Shown here: piece by piece, positions 1 to 8,815 of the stretch
Position numbering within the stretch: position 1 is the first letter of the stretch
Layout of the letters: every line of letters begins with the position of its first letter
Origin: Firmicutes bacterium UBA3576
GTDB taxonomy: Bacteria; Bacillota; Sulfobacillia; UBA3569
Direction of reading: 5' to 3'
DNA length: 64,000 bases
NCBI GenBank assembly: GCA_002375895.1
Contig: DFND01000053.1
Location: 1,373-65,372, forward strand
Position numbers and translations under genes: made by a program
Notes under the pieces: generated by a model
What the model was told of the DNA's origin: nothing
The model's input: the letters and a program-made list of their open reading frames with translations, nothing else
Databases searched by the model: none

Positions 1-264
1 GTCGTCCTGTCACCGCGGCGGGCCTTCGAGGCCGCGACGCGGGAAGTTCAGCTGCGGCGGGCGGTCGGCGAGATCTCCTGGGCCGGCATAACCCTCTACC
101 CACCGGGGGCCTACGCAGTGCTGCCGGGACAGGTCATCACGGAGGAGGACGTTGAAGCGCTCCTGCGGTGTCTAGAGGCGGGCTGGAGCGCCCACGGCAT
201 CTTGACGTCGGGGGGAGAGCCGAGAGTTAGAGTTGTGAGAGGAGAGGACTGCTGCCCACGATGA
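1..264 (+). CDS. 3' end of an Orn/Lys/Arg decarboxylase-family (PLP) protein, truncated by the window edge
   Basis: Frame 1 is open from nt 1 to TGA 262-264; it is absent from the ORF track because it has no start in the window. The translation ...ISWAGITLYPPGAYAVLPGQVITEEDVEALL... resembles the C-terminal domain of YaaO/SpeA-type decarboxylases, the gene that precedes tmk in B. subtilis. Its stop overlaps the tmk ATG (ATGA). Confidence 0.55.
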   Translation, partial: VVLSPRRAFEAATREVQLRRAVGEISWAGITLYPPGAYAVLPGQVITEEDVEALLRCLEAGWSAHGILTSGGEPRVRVVRGEDCCPR

Positions 265-908
265 AGAAGAAGGGGCTATTCATCACTTTCGAGGGAATAG
301 ACGGTTCGGGGAAGACAACCCAGTACAATCTCCTGAGGGGTCGGCTGCGCCGCCGAGGTCTGGACCCGGTCTGTGTCCGGGAGCCGGGTAGCACTGTCGT
401 CGGTGAGGAGATCAGGTCCATCCTGCTCTCCTCCGACGACCGACCTATGACGCTCCTGACGGAGGCGTTGCTGTACGCTGCCGCTCGGAGCCAGCTGGTG
501 CGTGAGGTCATCGTACCCGCGCTGGAGGGCGGGAAAGTGGTCCTGTGCGACCGATTCCTCGACTCGAGCCTCGCCTACCAAGGTTACGCTGGCGGCCTAG
601 GAGTCGATACTGTGATGGCCGTCAACGCGGCCGCCGTACGGGGTATCAGGCCTCATCTAACCCTGGTCTTCGACCTGTCGGTCTCCGAGGCGCTGCGCCG
701 GGAGCGAGGCAGGAAGGCCGACCGTATAGAGAGCAGGGGGGCTGAGTACCTGCAGAGGGTCAGAGAGTACTATTTGGAGCTGGCCCGTAAAGAGCCGGAC
801 CGGGTGAGGGTGATCCCGGCCGCCAGAGACATCGCCGAGATCGAGGCCGACGTCTATCGAGAAGTGAGCGAGGGCCTCGCGGCTCTCGGCATCGATGGGA
901 GGGGGTGA
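261..908 (+). CDS. tmk: thymidylate kinase
   Basis: 215 aa. N-terminal P-loop FITFEGIDGSGKTTQ and DRF..S..AYQG motifs are typical of Tmk. Synteny with darA and holB. Confidence 0.95.
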   Translation: MKKKGLFITFEGIDGSGKTTQYNLLRGRLRRRGLDPVCVREPGSTVVGEEIRSILLSSDDRPMTLLTEALLYAAARSQLVREVIVPALEGGKVVLCDRFLDSSLAYQGYAGGLGVDTVMAVNAAAVRGIRPHLTLVFDLSVSEALRRERGRKADRIESRGAEYLQRVREYYLELARKEPDRVRVIPAARDIAEIEADVYREVSEGLAALGIDGRG

Positions 909-912
909 GCCC

Positions 913-1242
913 TTGAAACTGATCTTCGCCGTCGTTCAGGACAAGGATGCCGGACGGTTAATCGATCAACTGGTGCAGCGCAATTACAGCGCTACCAAGC
1001 TGGCGTCCACAGGTGGTTTCCTGCGGGAGGGGAACACCACTCTCTTGATCGGGGTTGAGGATGAGGATGTGGAGGAGGTCCTCAACATAATCAGAGACAC
1101 CTGTCACTCTCGGAAACAGGTCGCCCCGCCCGTCTCTCCCGTGAGCGGCCCGGGGGATGCCTACGTTTCTTACCCCCTTGAGGTCGTCGTGGGGGGGGCC
1201 ACGGTGTTCGTGCTCACCGTAGAAGGATACATCAAGATCTAG
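913..1242 (+). CDS. darA: PII-like cyclic-di-AMP receptor (YaaQ/DarA family)
   Basis: KLIFAVVQDKDAGRL...TKLASTGGFLREGNTTLLIGVED...GGATVFVL aligns along its whole length with my recollection of B. subtilis YaaQ/DarA. The likely start is TTG 913 after the GGGAGGGGGTGAG RBS; the track start at 895 is an alternative. Confidence 0.85.
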   Translation: MKLIFAVVQDKDAGRLIDQLVQRNYSATKLASTGGFLREGNTTLLIGVEDEDVEEVLNIIRDTCHSRKQVAPPVSPVSGPGDAYVSYPLEVVVGGATVFVLTVEGYIKI

Positions 1243-1260
1243 CGGTCGTGGTATGGCCTT

Positions 1261-2184
1261 TTGCGAGACAGGGGGACGTTTACCTTGGGCCAAGACCTCA
1301 TTAGGCGCGCGATGGAGTCGCGAAGGTTAGCTCACGCCAACATGTTCACTGGGGAGGACCTGGAGGAGAAGCGGCGAGCAGCGCAGAGCTTAGCTGCGGG
1401 GCTCCTGTGTTCCAACAGGCCGGGGACCTACGGCGGGTGTGGGACCTGTCGGGAGTGCGGCCTCATCTCAGATCAGGCTCATCCCGATTTCATTGTCGCA
1501 CGGCCAGAGGGCGCAACGATTAAATTGGCCCAGATCAATGCCCTACGGCGGGAGGCAGCGATGCAGCCGGTCCGCGGCGAGGTCCGCGTGTTCGTCATAG
1601 AGCAGGCGGACCTGATGACGAGAGAGGCCGCAAATGCCCTGCTCAAGACCCTTGAGGAGCCACCTGGCCACTCCTATTTCATCCTCTTGGTCAAGGAGCC
1701 GGCCCGCCTTCCCGACACGGTCCGGTCAAGGTGTGTACCGTTCGACTTCGGCCCGCTGCCCGTAGAGAGGGCGGCCGATGTGCTGGCGGACAGGCTCGGG
1801 CTGCCACGGGATGAGGCCCTGATGCTCGCCTCGCTGGCCGGTGGTCGCGTAGCTCGGGCAGAGGAGATGGCCGCCGAGGAGGCCTTCCTCGAGCTCAAGG
1901 AGAGGGCCGATTCCTTCTTGGAGAGGGTGCCGGGGCTGAGTGCGGAGGAGGTGCTGGCCTTAGCGGCGGAGGTCGCCGGGAACAGGGCCGACGCCGACCT
2001 ATTCATCTCCCTGCTGCAACACGGGATCAGGCTGCGGCTGGGCCGTGCTCTAGAGCCGCTTAGCTGCACGGACGCGATCTTGCACTTGGAGAGGATCAGG
2101 TCTCTCCTCCAGTCTAACGTGAATCCGCTCCTAGCCATCGAGGCCCTGCTGCTCAGCTTGCGTTCTGGCCTCAAGAGGGTGTAA
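1261..2184 (+). CDS. holB: DNA polymerase III delta' subunit
   Basis: Clamp-loader fold with Zn module CGTCRECGLI, an SRC motif (VRSRCVPF) and a degenerate P-loop, as in delta'. Position is after tmk/darA. The start is uncertain (TTG 1261 or TTG 1285). Confidence 0.85.
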   Translation: MRDRGTFTLGQDLIRRAMESRRLAHANMFTGEDLEEKRRAAQSLAAGLLCSNRPGTYGGCGTCRECGLISDQAHPDFIVARPEGATIKLAQINALRREAAMQPVRGEVRVFVIEQADLMTREAANALLKTLEEPPGHSYFILLVKEPARLPDTVRSRCVPFDFGPLPVERAADVLADRLGLPRDEALMLASLAGGRVARAEEMAAEEAFLELKERADSFLERVPGLSAEEVLALAAEVAGNRADADLFISLLQHGIRLRLGRALEPLSCTDAILHLERIRSLLQSNVNPLLAIEALLLSLRSGLKRV

Positions 2185-2204
2185 ACTTGAAGGTGATTGA
2201 GGAG

Positions 2205-3038
2205 ATGGTAACCGTGCCGAAAGTAGTCGGCGTTAGGTTTAGAAGGGCTGGAAAAATATATTACTTCGACCCGGCCATTGAGCAACTGAAGCCGGGCCAT
2301 AAGGTGATAGTCGAGACCGCACGCGGCGTGGAATTCGGCGAAGTCGTTGTTGGCCCGAAGGAGGTCGAAGAGGACGAGATAGTGCAGCCCTTGAAGAAGG
2401 TTATTCGAAAGGCCACCGCGCGCGACCTACAGCAGGTGGAGGAGAACAAGGAGAAGGCCCGCAAGGCCATGGCCATTTGCGAGCGCAAGATCCGAAAACA
2501 CGGCCTGGACATGCGGCTGGTGGATGCCGAGTACACCTTCGATAACAACAAGGTCATCTTCTACTTCACCGCTGACGGCAGGGTCGACTTCCGGGAGTTG
2601 GTGAAGGACTTGGCCTCTGTTTTTAAGACCCGGATAGAGCTACGGCAGATAGGCGTGAGGGACAAGGCCAAGATGCTCGGGGGCATCGGCCCCTGCGGGC
2701 GGACCCTCTGCTGCGCAACTTTCTTGGCTGAATTCGAGCCTGTGTCCATCAAGTTGGCCAAGAAGCAGGACTTATCCCTAAACCCCGCCAAGATATCGGG
2801 CATCTGTGGCCGCCTGATGTGCTGCCTGCGATACGAGGCCGAGAGCTACGAGGACGCCATCAATCAGCTCCCCGAAGAGGGAGAGGAAGTTGTCACGCCT
2901 GAAGGCCGGGGCGTAGTGGTGGGCCGGAACCTCCTGCAGCGCACTGTGTCCGTGGAGCTCAGCGTCCAAGGCCTGGTGCGTGATTTCCCAGTGAGCTCGG
3001 TCAGGCCGACCTGTGGGGGCTGCGCCGATCAAAGCTGA
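2205..3038 (+). CDS. ricT: PSP1-domain protein YaaT/RicT (stage 0 sporulation / RNase Y-associated Ric complex)
   Basis: VGVRFRRAGKIYYFDP N-terminus plus Cys-rich GPCGRTLCC and ICGRLMCCLRYE motifs of the PSP1/YaaT family. ATG 2205 fits the B. subtilis N-terminus better than TTG 2187. Confidence 0.85.
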   Translation: MVTVPKVVGVRFRRAGKIYYFDPAIEQLKPGHKVIVETARGVEFGEVVVGPKEVEEDEIVQPLKKVIRKATARDLQQVEENKEKARKAMAICERKIRKHGLDMRLVDAEYTFDNNKVIFYFTADGRVDFRELVKDLASVFKTRIELRQIGVRDKAKMLGGIGPCGRTLCCATFLAEFEPVSIKLAKKQDLSLNPAKISGICGRLMCCLRYEAESYEDAINQLPEEGEEVVTPEGRGVVVGRNLLQRTVSVELSVQGLVRDFPVSSVRPTCGGCADQS

Positions 3039-4561
3039 GGTTGGTGCTGCCTTCGGCAGCCCTGTCGCATGGGCCCGCGGAGCGCATCCCGCAGACACGC
3101 CTCAGCGCGATCCATCCCCTGTGCCCCCAAGAGCAGGACGGTATCATGCCGCCGCGCGAGGTCTATTGCCCGGGAAATAGCGGTGGTTAGGCGTGGGTGA
3201 AACTCGTAGGGTACGCCGGCGCGTTCCAGCCCCGCCAGGAAGGACTCCTTCTCCGCCAGCGTTACTCGATCCTTTGCCCCCACCGCGTCGGAGCTGCTGG
3301 TGACGATCACCTCGGAGGCGGGAATGCACGACGCCCACTTCGCCAGGGCCCGGGCGTTGACGGCGTTGATCTCAGGTCCCCTGTTTCCCCGAATGGCAAC
3401 AACGATGATCAGTCGAGCCGGGTTTTGTTCGGCTATGGCCTCCAGAACCGCTTCGAAGCTGGCGGGGTTGTGGGCGAAATCATCGATGACCCGGAACTCG
3501 CCGTCGTACACCACCTCCATCCTCCTTCGGACCCCCTTGAAGGCGGCGAGGCCTCGTTGCACCTCCTTGGCCGGCACTCCGTAGAGAAGGGCAAGGGTTC
3601 CCGCCAATAGGGCGTTGTACACGTTATGAGCCCCGGGTATGCGCAGTCGTATGGGCACCCTGAGGGGCCCCACCGCACCTCCCCCTCTCTTGGGAAGCGG
3701 CCGTAGGAGCGCGAGCTCAAAGGACGCGCCGCCGCTGGTCTCGACCTTGTCAGCCAGCACGTCGACGTCAGCGTTCCGGAGCCCGGCGCGAATAAGCCGA
3801 GCCGACGTGCGGCCGGCCACCTGCCGCCAATTCGCGTCGTCGACGTTCACCACCGCCACGGCGTCCGGGCCCAATATCTCAAAGAGGCGAGCCTTGGCCC
3901 GCACATAGTCCCGCCAGCTACCGTGAAAGTCATAATGGTCGGGCGACATGTTCGTGAGGGCCGCCGCGTCGAAGCGAACGTGATCTACTCTGGCCAACTC
4001 GAGCGCATGGGAGGAGACCTCCATACACACGTGGGTGACCCCCCTCTCGACCATCGTGGCCAGGGCCCCGTGAATGTCGGGGGCGTCAGGGGTGGTGATG
4101 GAGGAGGGAGCATACTCTCCGTCGATCTTCTGGCACAGGGTGCCCATTATCCCAGTCTTGGCCCCCTTCCGCTCCAGCAGAGAGGAAAGCATGAAGGTGG
4201 TGGTGGTCTTGCCGTTAGTGCCCGTAACCCCGATCACCTGCAGGCGCCGCGAGGGGTGTCGGTAAAAGCTGGCGGACACGGCGGAGAGAGCCTGCCTGCC
4301 GTTCCTGACTTGAGCCCACGGGATATCGGGCCGCGACAGCCTCCGTTCACACAGGACGGCGACGGCTCCTCGGCTTACGGCCTCATCTATAAAGGCGTGG
4401 CCGTCCTGCCTCAGGCCACGGAAGGCCACGAAGAGGTCTCCCCGAGAAGTGCGCCGGGAGTCGAAGGAAATCCCAGTTACGACGGGGTCAGCCTCCGGTC
4501 CGCCCGAGGATAACACCTCGAGCTCCCCGAGCAGAGAGGATAGCGGACGGTTTGGGGACAT
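3029..4561 (-). CDS. Mur ligase family protein, MurE-like but with divergent C-terminal motifs
   Basis: MurE-type N-domain (ITGISFDSRRTSRGDLFVAFRGLRQDGHAFIDEAVSRGA) and ATP P-loop GVTGTNGKTTT. The C-terminal regions read AIRGNRGPE and VTSSSD where canonical MurE has GCGGDRD..KRP and DNPR. Start ATG 4561 is preceded by GAAGAGGTGA. The 3' end overlaps yaaT by 10 nt, in convergent orientation. Confidence 0.7.
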   Translation of the reverse strand: MSPNRPLSSLLGELEVLSSGGPEADPVVTGISFDSRRTSRGDLFVAFRGLRQDGHAFIDEAVSRGAVAVLCERRLSRPDIPWAQVRNGRQALSAVSASFYRHPSRRLQVIGVTGTNGKTTTTFMLSSLLERKGAKTGIMGTLCQKIDGEYAPSSITTPDAPDIHGALATMVERGVTHVCMEVSSHALELARVDHVRFDAAALTNMSPDHYDFHGSWRDYVRAKARLFEILGPDAVAVVNVDDANWRQVAGRTSARLIRAGLRNADVDVLADKVETSGGASFELALLRPLPKRGGGAVGPLRVPIRLRIPGAHNVYNALLAGTLALLYGVPAKEVQRGLAAFKGVRRRMEVVYDGEFRVIDDFAHNPASFEAVLEAIAEQNPARLIIVVAIRGNRGPEINAVNARALAKWASCIPASEVIVTSSSDAVGAKDRVTLAEKESFLAGLERAGVPYEFHPRLTTAISRAIDLARRHDTVLLLGAQGMDRAEACLRDALRGPMRQGCRRQHQPQL

Positions 4562-4629
4562 GCTTTCACCTCTTCCGGGAGAGGGAATTCGGCCATCCAA
4601 GGATAATTTCTGCTGTGGCGAGGGAATTT

Positions 4630-5502
4630 ATGCCCAAAATGGGGGTGAGAGGCATGGACTCGACGGGGGAGATATACATCTGTGCCACGCCCATCGGTAA
4701 TTTAGAGGATATCACCCTGAGGGCCCTGAAGACCCTGCGCCAGGTTGACCTAATCGCCTGTGAGGACACGCGGAGGACCCGTCGCCTACTCGACCGATTC
4801 AACATTCACACGCGGACAATAAGCTATCACGAGCATAACGAACGGAGCAGGGTCAAGCAGCTGGTGCAACTGGCCAAGCAGGGGAAGCGGATAGCGGTGG
4901 TCAGCGATGCCGGCACGCCCGGGATCGCCGACCCAGGCTTCACGTTGGTGCGCGCAGCCGTGGCGGAGGGCATCAAGGTATCAGTCCTGCCCGGCCCGTC
5001 GGCGTTGGTCGCGGCCTTATCGGTGTCTGGCCTGCCCACCGACCGCTTCACCTTCTATGGCTTTCTGCCCAGGGACCGCCTGGAGCGAAGGCGCGTCCTG
5101 ACCGAGCTCGGCAGCAGGCCGGAGACGCTGATCGTCTACGAGGCGCCGCATCGGCTGCGGGACACAGCTCACGACCTGGCGGACTTGATGGCGGAGCGTA
5201 CCGTGATCGTGGCCAGGGAGCTGACTAAACACCATGAGGGGGTCCTTCGCACCACCGCTGTGGCGCTACCCGAGAAGGTCGCCGAGCTCGAGCGCAAGGG
5301 CTCCCTCAAAGGAGAGTTCACCCTAGTAGTCGAGGGAGGGGCCACCGCCGTCAATAGCAGGGCCTCGCTGGATATCCGGCGCCACGTGCAGTACTTCGAG
5401 GACCTGGGGCTTGACAGGAAGCAGGCGATGAAGGCCGTGGCCAAGGAGCGAGGGATGTCGAAGAGGGATATCTACAAAGCACTACAAGAAATATCGAAAT
5501 AG
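4630..5502 (+). CDS. rsmI: 16S rRNA (cytidine1402-2'-O)-methyltransferase
   Basis: Tetrapyrrole-methylase fold: IYICATPIGNLEDITLRALKTLRQVDLIACEDTR. Its position upstream of abrB matches B. subtilis yabC. The start is ambiguous (ATG 4630, 4639 or 4654). Confidence 0.9.
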   Translation: MPKMGVRGMDSTGEIYICATPIGNLEDITLRALKTLRQVDLIACEDTRRTRRLLDRFNIHTRTISYHEHNERSRVKQLVQLAKQGKRIAVVSDAGTPGIADPGFTLVRAAVAEGIKVSVLPGPSALVAALSVSGLPTDRFTFYGFLPRDRLERRRVLTELGSRPETLIVYEAPHRLRDTAHDLADLMAERTVIVARELTKHHEGVLRTTAVALPEKVAELERKGSLKGEFTLVVEGGATAVNSRASLDIRRHVQYFEDLGLDRKQAMKAVAKERGMSKRDIYKALQEISK

Positions 5503-5526
5503 AGGGGCGCCCCGGCACGCCCCTCT
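5501..5526. terminator. GC-rich hairpin between convergent rsmI and abrB (putative bidirectional terminator)
   Basis: AGAGGGGCG (5501-5509) pairs perfectly with CGCCCCTCT (5518-5526) around an 8-nt loop. The U-tracts are weak on both strands. Confidence 0.4.
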
Positions 5527-5558
5527 AGTTCCGAAAAATTCTCCGCCCCACTAGGATT

Positions 5559-5807
5559 TTACCCCGCCTGAGCCATGCTGGCGAGGCACTCGCGACAGAC
5601 GTTCTTGCCCTTGAAATTACGAACATCGTACGCGTTTCCACAGAAGATGCAGGCAGGTTCATACTTGCGAAGGATAATGCGGTCTCCGTCGACGTAGATC
5701 TCCAGAGAGTCCTTCTCCGCGATGTCCAACGTGCGCCTGAGCTCGATAGGGATGACCACCCTCCCGAGCTCGTCCACCTTCCGGACGATCCCTGTGGATT
5801 TCATCAT
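5559..5807 (-). CDS. abrB: transition-state regulator AbrB with a Cys4 C-terminal tail
   Basis: MKSTGIVRKVDELGRVVIPIELRRTLDIAEKDSLEIYVDGDRIILRKY is a near-canonical AbrB swapped-hairpin domain. The C-terminus carries CIFCG...CREC. Start ATG 5807 is preceded by GGAAGGGGGGGA. Confidence 0.9.
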   Translation of the reverse strand: MMKSTGIVRKVDELGRVVIPIELRRTLDIAEKDSLEIYVDGDRIILRKYEPACIFCGNAYDVRNFKGKNVCRECLASMAQAG

Positions 5808-5831
5808 CGGTGTCCCCCCCTTCCAACAGCT

Positions 5832-5877
5832 TTCGACAACCTGAGTAAACGATACCAAACTTGCCAGAAACAGTCAA
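5832..5877 (-). promoter_or_regulatory. candidate abrB promoter (-35 TTGACT, 17 nt, -10 TATCGT) followed by a perfect Spo0A box TGTCGAA
   Basis: On the minus strand: TTGACT (5877-5872), a 17-nt spacer, TATCGT (5854-5849), then TGTCGAA (5838-5832). The box lies about 10-17 nt downstream of the -10 element and 25 nt upstream of the ATG. This is the same layout as the Spo0A operator downstream of the B. subtilis abrB promoters. Confidence 0.45.
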
Positions 5878-6027
5878 TGCCAAGGGCCCAAATTCTGCAT
5901 TTCAAAATTTTGCAACTTCCGGGCCCTTGCTTGGTGCTCTGGAACCTCACGCAGAGGAGATTCGGAAGGAGAGGCAAAATAACTCACAGAGGAGACGGAG
6001 AAGCGATGCACGCACAGGAGGGAAGAC

Positions 6028-6795
6028 ATGTATTTCGATACCCACGCTCACCTTGATTCACGACGGTACAGGGGGGAGACCGGCGCTGTCCTGGATCGAG
6101 CCCGTAGGGCTGGCGTAGACCGAATTCTCTGTGTGGGCTTTGACCTTGACAGCTCCAGGACGGCGGTTCGGCTCGCCTCCCTTCACGAGGGCGTCTATGC
6201 CTCGGTGGGAATTCATCCTCACGTGTCCGGCGAAGTCGACGACACAGATCTGTCGACTTTAAGGGGGCTCGCTGAAAGGGCAGGGGTCGTAGCCCTCGGA
6301 GAGATGGGCCTCGACTTCTACCGAGACCTGTCTCCCCGCGCCCTTCAGATTGAGGTCTTTCGTCGACAGCTAGCAATAGCACGAGAGCTGAACCTGCCCG
6401 TTATCATCCACGACAGGGACGCCCACGAGGAGGTGATGGACCTCCTGGAGCGGGAAGCCCGCGGCCTTAGGGTGGTCATGCACTGCTTCAGCGGTGACAC
6501 CGAAATGGCTGCCGAGTGCGTCAGACGTGGCTATCTTCTGTCCATAGCGGGCCCAGTGACCTACCCGAACTCGTCCCTCGTTGAAGTCGTGCGGTCTGTG
6601 CCCCTGGACAGCTTGCTCATAGAGACCGACTCCCCCTATCTTCCCCCCGTGCCCCACCGCGGCAAGGTCAACGAGCCCGCCCTTGTGCGCCTGGTGGCCG
6701 AGAGGATCGCCGCCATCAAGGGCATCTCACCGCGTGAGGTGGGGCGTGCGACTACTCAGAACGCTCTGTCAGTATTTGGGATTGGGGATGGCTGA
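6028..6795 (+). CDS. tatD: TatD-family metal-dependent hydrolase/DNase
   Basis: MYFDTHAHLD start and the conserved GEMGLDFY, HCFSG and ETDSPYL motifs. Equivalent to B. subtilis yabD. Confidence 0.9.
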   Translation: MYFDTHAHLDSRRYRGETGAVLDRARRAGVDRILCVGFDLDSSRTAVRLASLHEGVYASVGIHPHVSGEVDDTDLSTLRGLAERAGVVALGEMGLDFYRDLSPRALQIEVFRRQLAIARELNLPVIIHDRDAHEEVMDLLEREARGLRVVMHCFSGDTEMAAECVRRGYLLSIAGPVTYPNSSLVEVVRSVPLDSLLIETDSPYLPPVPHRGKVNEPALVRLVAERIAAIKGISPREVGRATTQNALSVFGIGDG

Positions 6796-7636
6796 TGTGG
6801 CGGTGAGTTTGCGTGAGGTGCGCGCGGCCCTCGAGGATTTGGGTGTGGCGCCCCGAAAGAGATGGGGACAGAACTTTCTCATCGACCGCAATGTTCGGGA
6901 TTTCTTGTTCCGGCAGCTAGGAGTCGAGGAGGGGGACCGCCTCCTAGAGGTGGGGCCAGGACTAGGCGGCCTTACGGTGTCGCTCGTGGAGAGCCAGGCC
7001 CAGGTCTTCGCGGTGGAGATCGACCCGGCCCTGTGCGCCTACCTCGAGGAGCAGTTCGCCGGTCGTGACAACTTTACCCTGCTTCAGGGCGACGTTCTGC
7101 AAGTCGAGCTCCCGGAGGCCACCAAGGTGGTGGGCAACCTGCCCTATTACATCACCTCCCCCGTCATCTTCCGTGTGCTGGAGGAGATGAGCCCGGAAGT
7201 GATGCTGTTCGTCGTGCAAAGGGAGGTGGCAGAACGCCTCGTGGCCGGCCCCGGAGGCAAAGATTACGGGGCCCTCAGCGTTATGGTTCAAGTTTTCTGT
7301 CGTGTGGAGCTCTTGAGGGTGCTGCCCCCCGAGGTCTTCTACCCGAGGCCCCGTGTCGAGTCAGCCGCTGTCAGATTTACACCATCTCCAGACGCTCCCG
7401 ACGTTCCTCCCTGGTTCCTACGCCGGGTCGTCGCGGCGGCCTTTCAGCAGCGGCGCAAGACGTTGATCAACAGCCTCAAGGGCTCCGGTATCCTGCGGCT
7501 GTCGGAAGCGGACTTGGTAACGGCTCTACGCGCGGCGGGGATCGATGGCAGGCGGAGGGCCGAGAGCTTCAGTCCAGCGGATTTCCTGAGCCTGGCAAGG
7601 GAGTTCCTGCGTGTTGGGGCAGCCGTTGAGAAGTAG
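6788..7636 (+). CDS. rsmA: 16S rRNA (adenine1518/1519-N6)-dimethyltransferase
   Basis: KRWGQNFLID and the SAM motif LEVGPGLGGLT. ATG 6788 overlaps the tatD stop by 8 nt. The track start at 6683 is an upstream extension inside tatD. Confidence 0.9.
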   Translation: MADVAVSLREVRAALEDLGVAPRKRWGQNFLIDRNVRDFLFRQLGVEEGDRLLEVGPGLGGLTVSLVESQAQVFAVEIDPALCAYLEEQFAGRDNFTLLQGDVLQVELPEATKVVGNLPYYITSPVIFRVLEEMSPEVMLFVVQREVAERLVAGPGGKDYGALSVMVQVFCRVELLRVLPPEVFYPRPRVESAAVRFTPSPDAPDVPPWFLRRVVAAAFQQRRKTLINSLKGSGILRLSEADLVTALRAAGIDGRRRAESFSPADFLSLAREFLRVGAAVEK

Positions 7637-7685
7637 TATAATGAACGAGAGAATCTGAAAGGGGGAGACTCCCTTCGACGCCGGA

Positions 7686-8180
7686 TTGACCGTCGACCCA
7701 GTCCTGCAGGATAAGTTCGTAAGCCCCACTCGAGGTGTCATCAGCTTCGAGGCGATGTTCCAGGATATCTTGGATTATATAAAGGAGAGGCCTAACGAGG
7801 ATTACCGCCTCATCATCGGCACCGACTCGCAGGTCAGAGACGACGTCTGCTTCGTCACAGCGGTTATAATCCACCGGACCGGCAAAGGCGGGCGTTATTA
7901 TTACCAAAAGCGAAGGATGCACAAGATACACTCCCTGAGACAGAAGCTCTTTTACGAGACCTCGCTGAGCCTTGGGTTGGCGAGCAAGCTCGCTGAGCGG
8001 ATCGCAGCCGACGGGGTTGCCCACCTCAACCTAGAGATTCACCTGGACGTTGGGGAGCGGGGCCAGACCAAGGAACTCATAAAGGAGATAGTGGGGATGG
8101 TGGTCGGAAGCGGCTTTGACGCCAAGATCAAACCGGAATCCTACGGTGCGTCAAAGGTGGCCGATAAATACACGAAATGA
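7686..8180 (+). CDS. DUF458 / YkuK-like RNase H-fold protein
   Basis: RLIIGTDSQV...CFVTAVIIHRTGKGGRYYY...LRQKLFYETSLSL...HLDVG resembles the YkuK family (recollection). The start codon is uncertain. Confidence 0.6.
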   Translation: MTVDPVLQDKFVSPTRGVISFEAMFQDILDYIKERPNEDYRLIIGTDSQVRDDVCFVTAVIIHRTGKGGRYYYQKRRMHKIHSLRQKLFYETSLSLGLASKLAERIAADGVAHLNLEIHLDVGERGQTKELIKEIVGMVVGSGFDAKIKPESYGASKVADKYTK

Positions 8181-8253
8181 ATAATTAGGCCGCGGTGATG
8201 CAAAAATAACTGAAGAGCCACAGCCCAAAGGTAATGGGCACGAAAGGGAGTCA

Positions 8254-8285
8254 CGCGGAGAGCGGGGGAAAGCTCCGCGCTTTTT
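8254..8285 (+). terminator. intrinsic terminator after the ykuK-like gene
   Basis: CGCGGAG (8254-8260) pairs with CTCCGCG (8273-8279), followed by C and TTTTT. Confidence 0.55.
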
Positions 8286-8301
8286 CGTAAAATTTTTGAC
8301 C

Positions 8302-8330
8302 TTGACGTAATGAGCTAGGTTTGGTACACT
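8302..8330 (+). promoter_or_regulatory. veg promoter candidate (-35 TTGACG, 17 nt, -10 TACACT)
   Basis: TTGACG 8302-8307, a 17-nt spacer ending in TTGG, then TACACT 8325-8330. This closely mirrors the classical B. subtilis veg promoter (TTGACA-17-TACAAT preceded by GTTG), as I recall it. Confidence 0.55.
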
Positions 8331-8399
8331 ATAAAATCTTGCACTTATGCTCCTGACGTGGTAAAGTATCCATAGAAATGGGCGGAAGGAAGTGACAGC

Positions 8400-8678
8400 T
8401 TGAGTGGGCAGAGCGTCATCTCAGAGATAAAGAGGGACCTTGACGAAATAGTCGGCATGAGGATACGAGTGCGGGCCAATCGAGGCCGGCGGCGGATCGT
8501 CGAGCGAGAGGGCACCCTTGAGAGGACCTACGCTAACCACTTCTTGATCAGGCTCGACGACAAGCACGCTGGGAATCGGCGGGGCTCATATAACTACGCC
8601 GATCTGTTGACGGAGGTCGTTGAGCTCACCGTCTGCGGGCAGGATGGCGAGAGGAAGCTCACATACCACGGACAGTAA
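8400..8678 (+). CDS. veg: Veg (biofilm/sporulation-associated small DNA-binding protein)
   Basis: ISEIKRDLDEIVGMRIRVRANRGRRRIVEREGTLERTYANHFLIRL...SYNYADLLTEVVELT matches the Veg family. TTG start after GGAAGGAAG. Confidence 0.85.
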   Translation: MSGQSVISEIKRDLDEIVGMRIRVRANRGRRRIVEREGTLERTYANHFLIRLDDKHAGNRRGSYNYADLLTEVVELTVCGQDGERKLTYHGQ

Positions 8679-8815
8679 TACCGTGGTCGACCCCGAGCAG
8701 CACTCTTAGCGGGGCAGGGGATTTCCCTGCTCTTTCCATGTTCCCCGTCCCCGGCATCACGGCCCCCGTGCGGACTGAATAGGATAGTCTGAAGTCCGTA
8801 CACGGAGGGGTTGTG

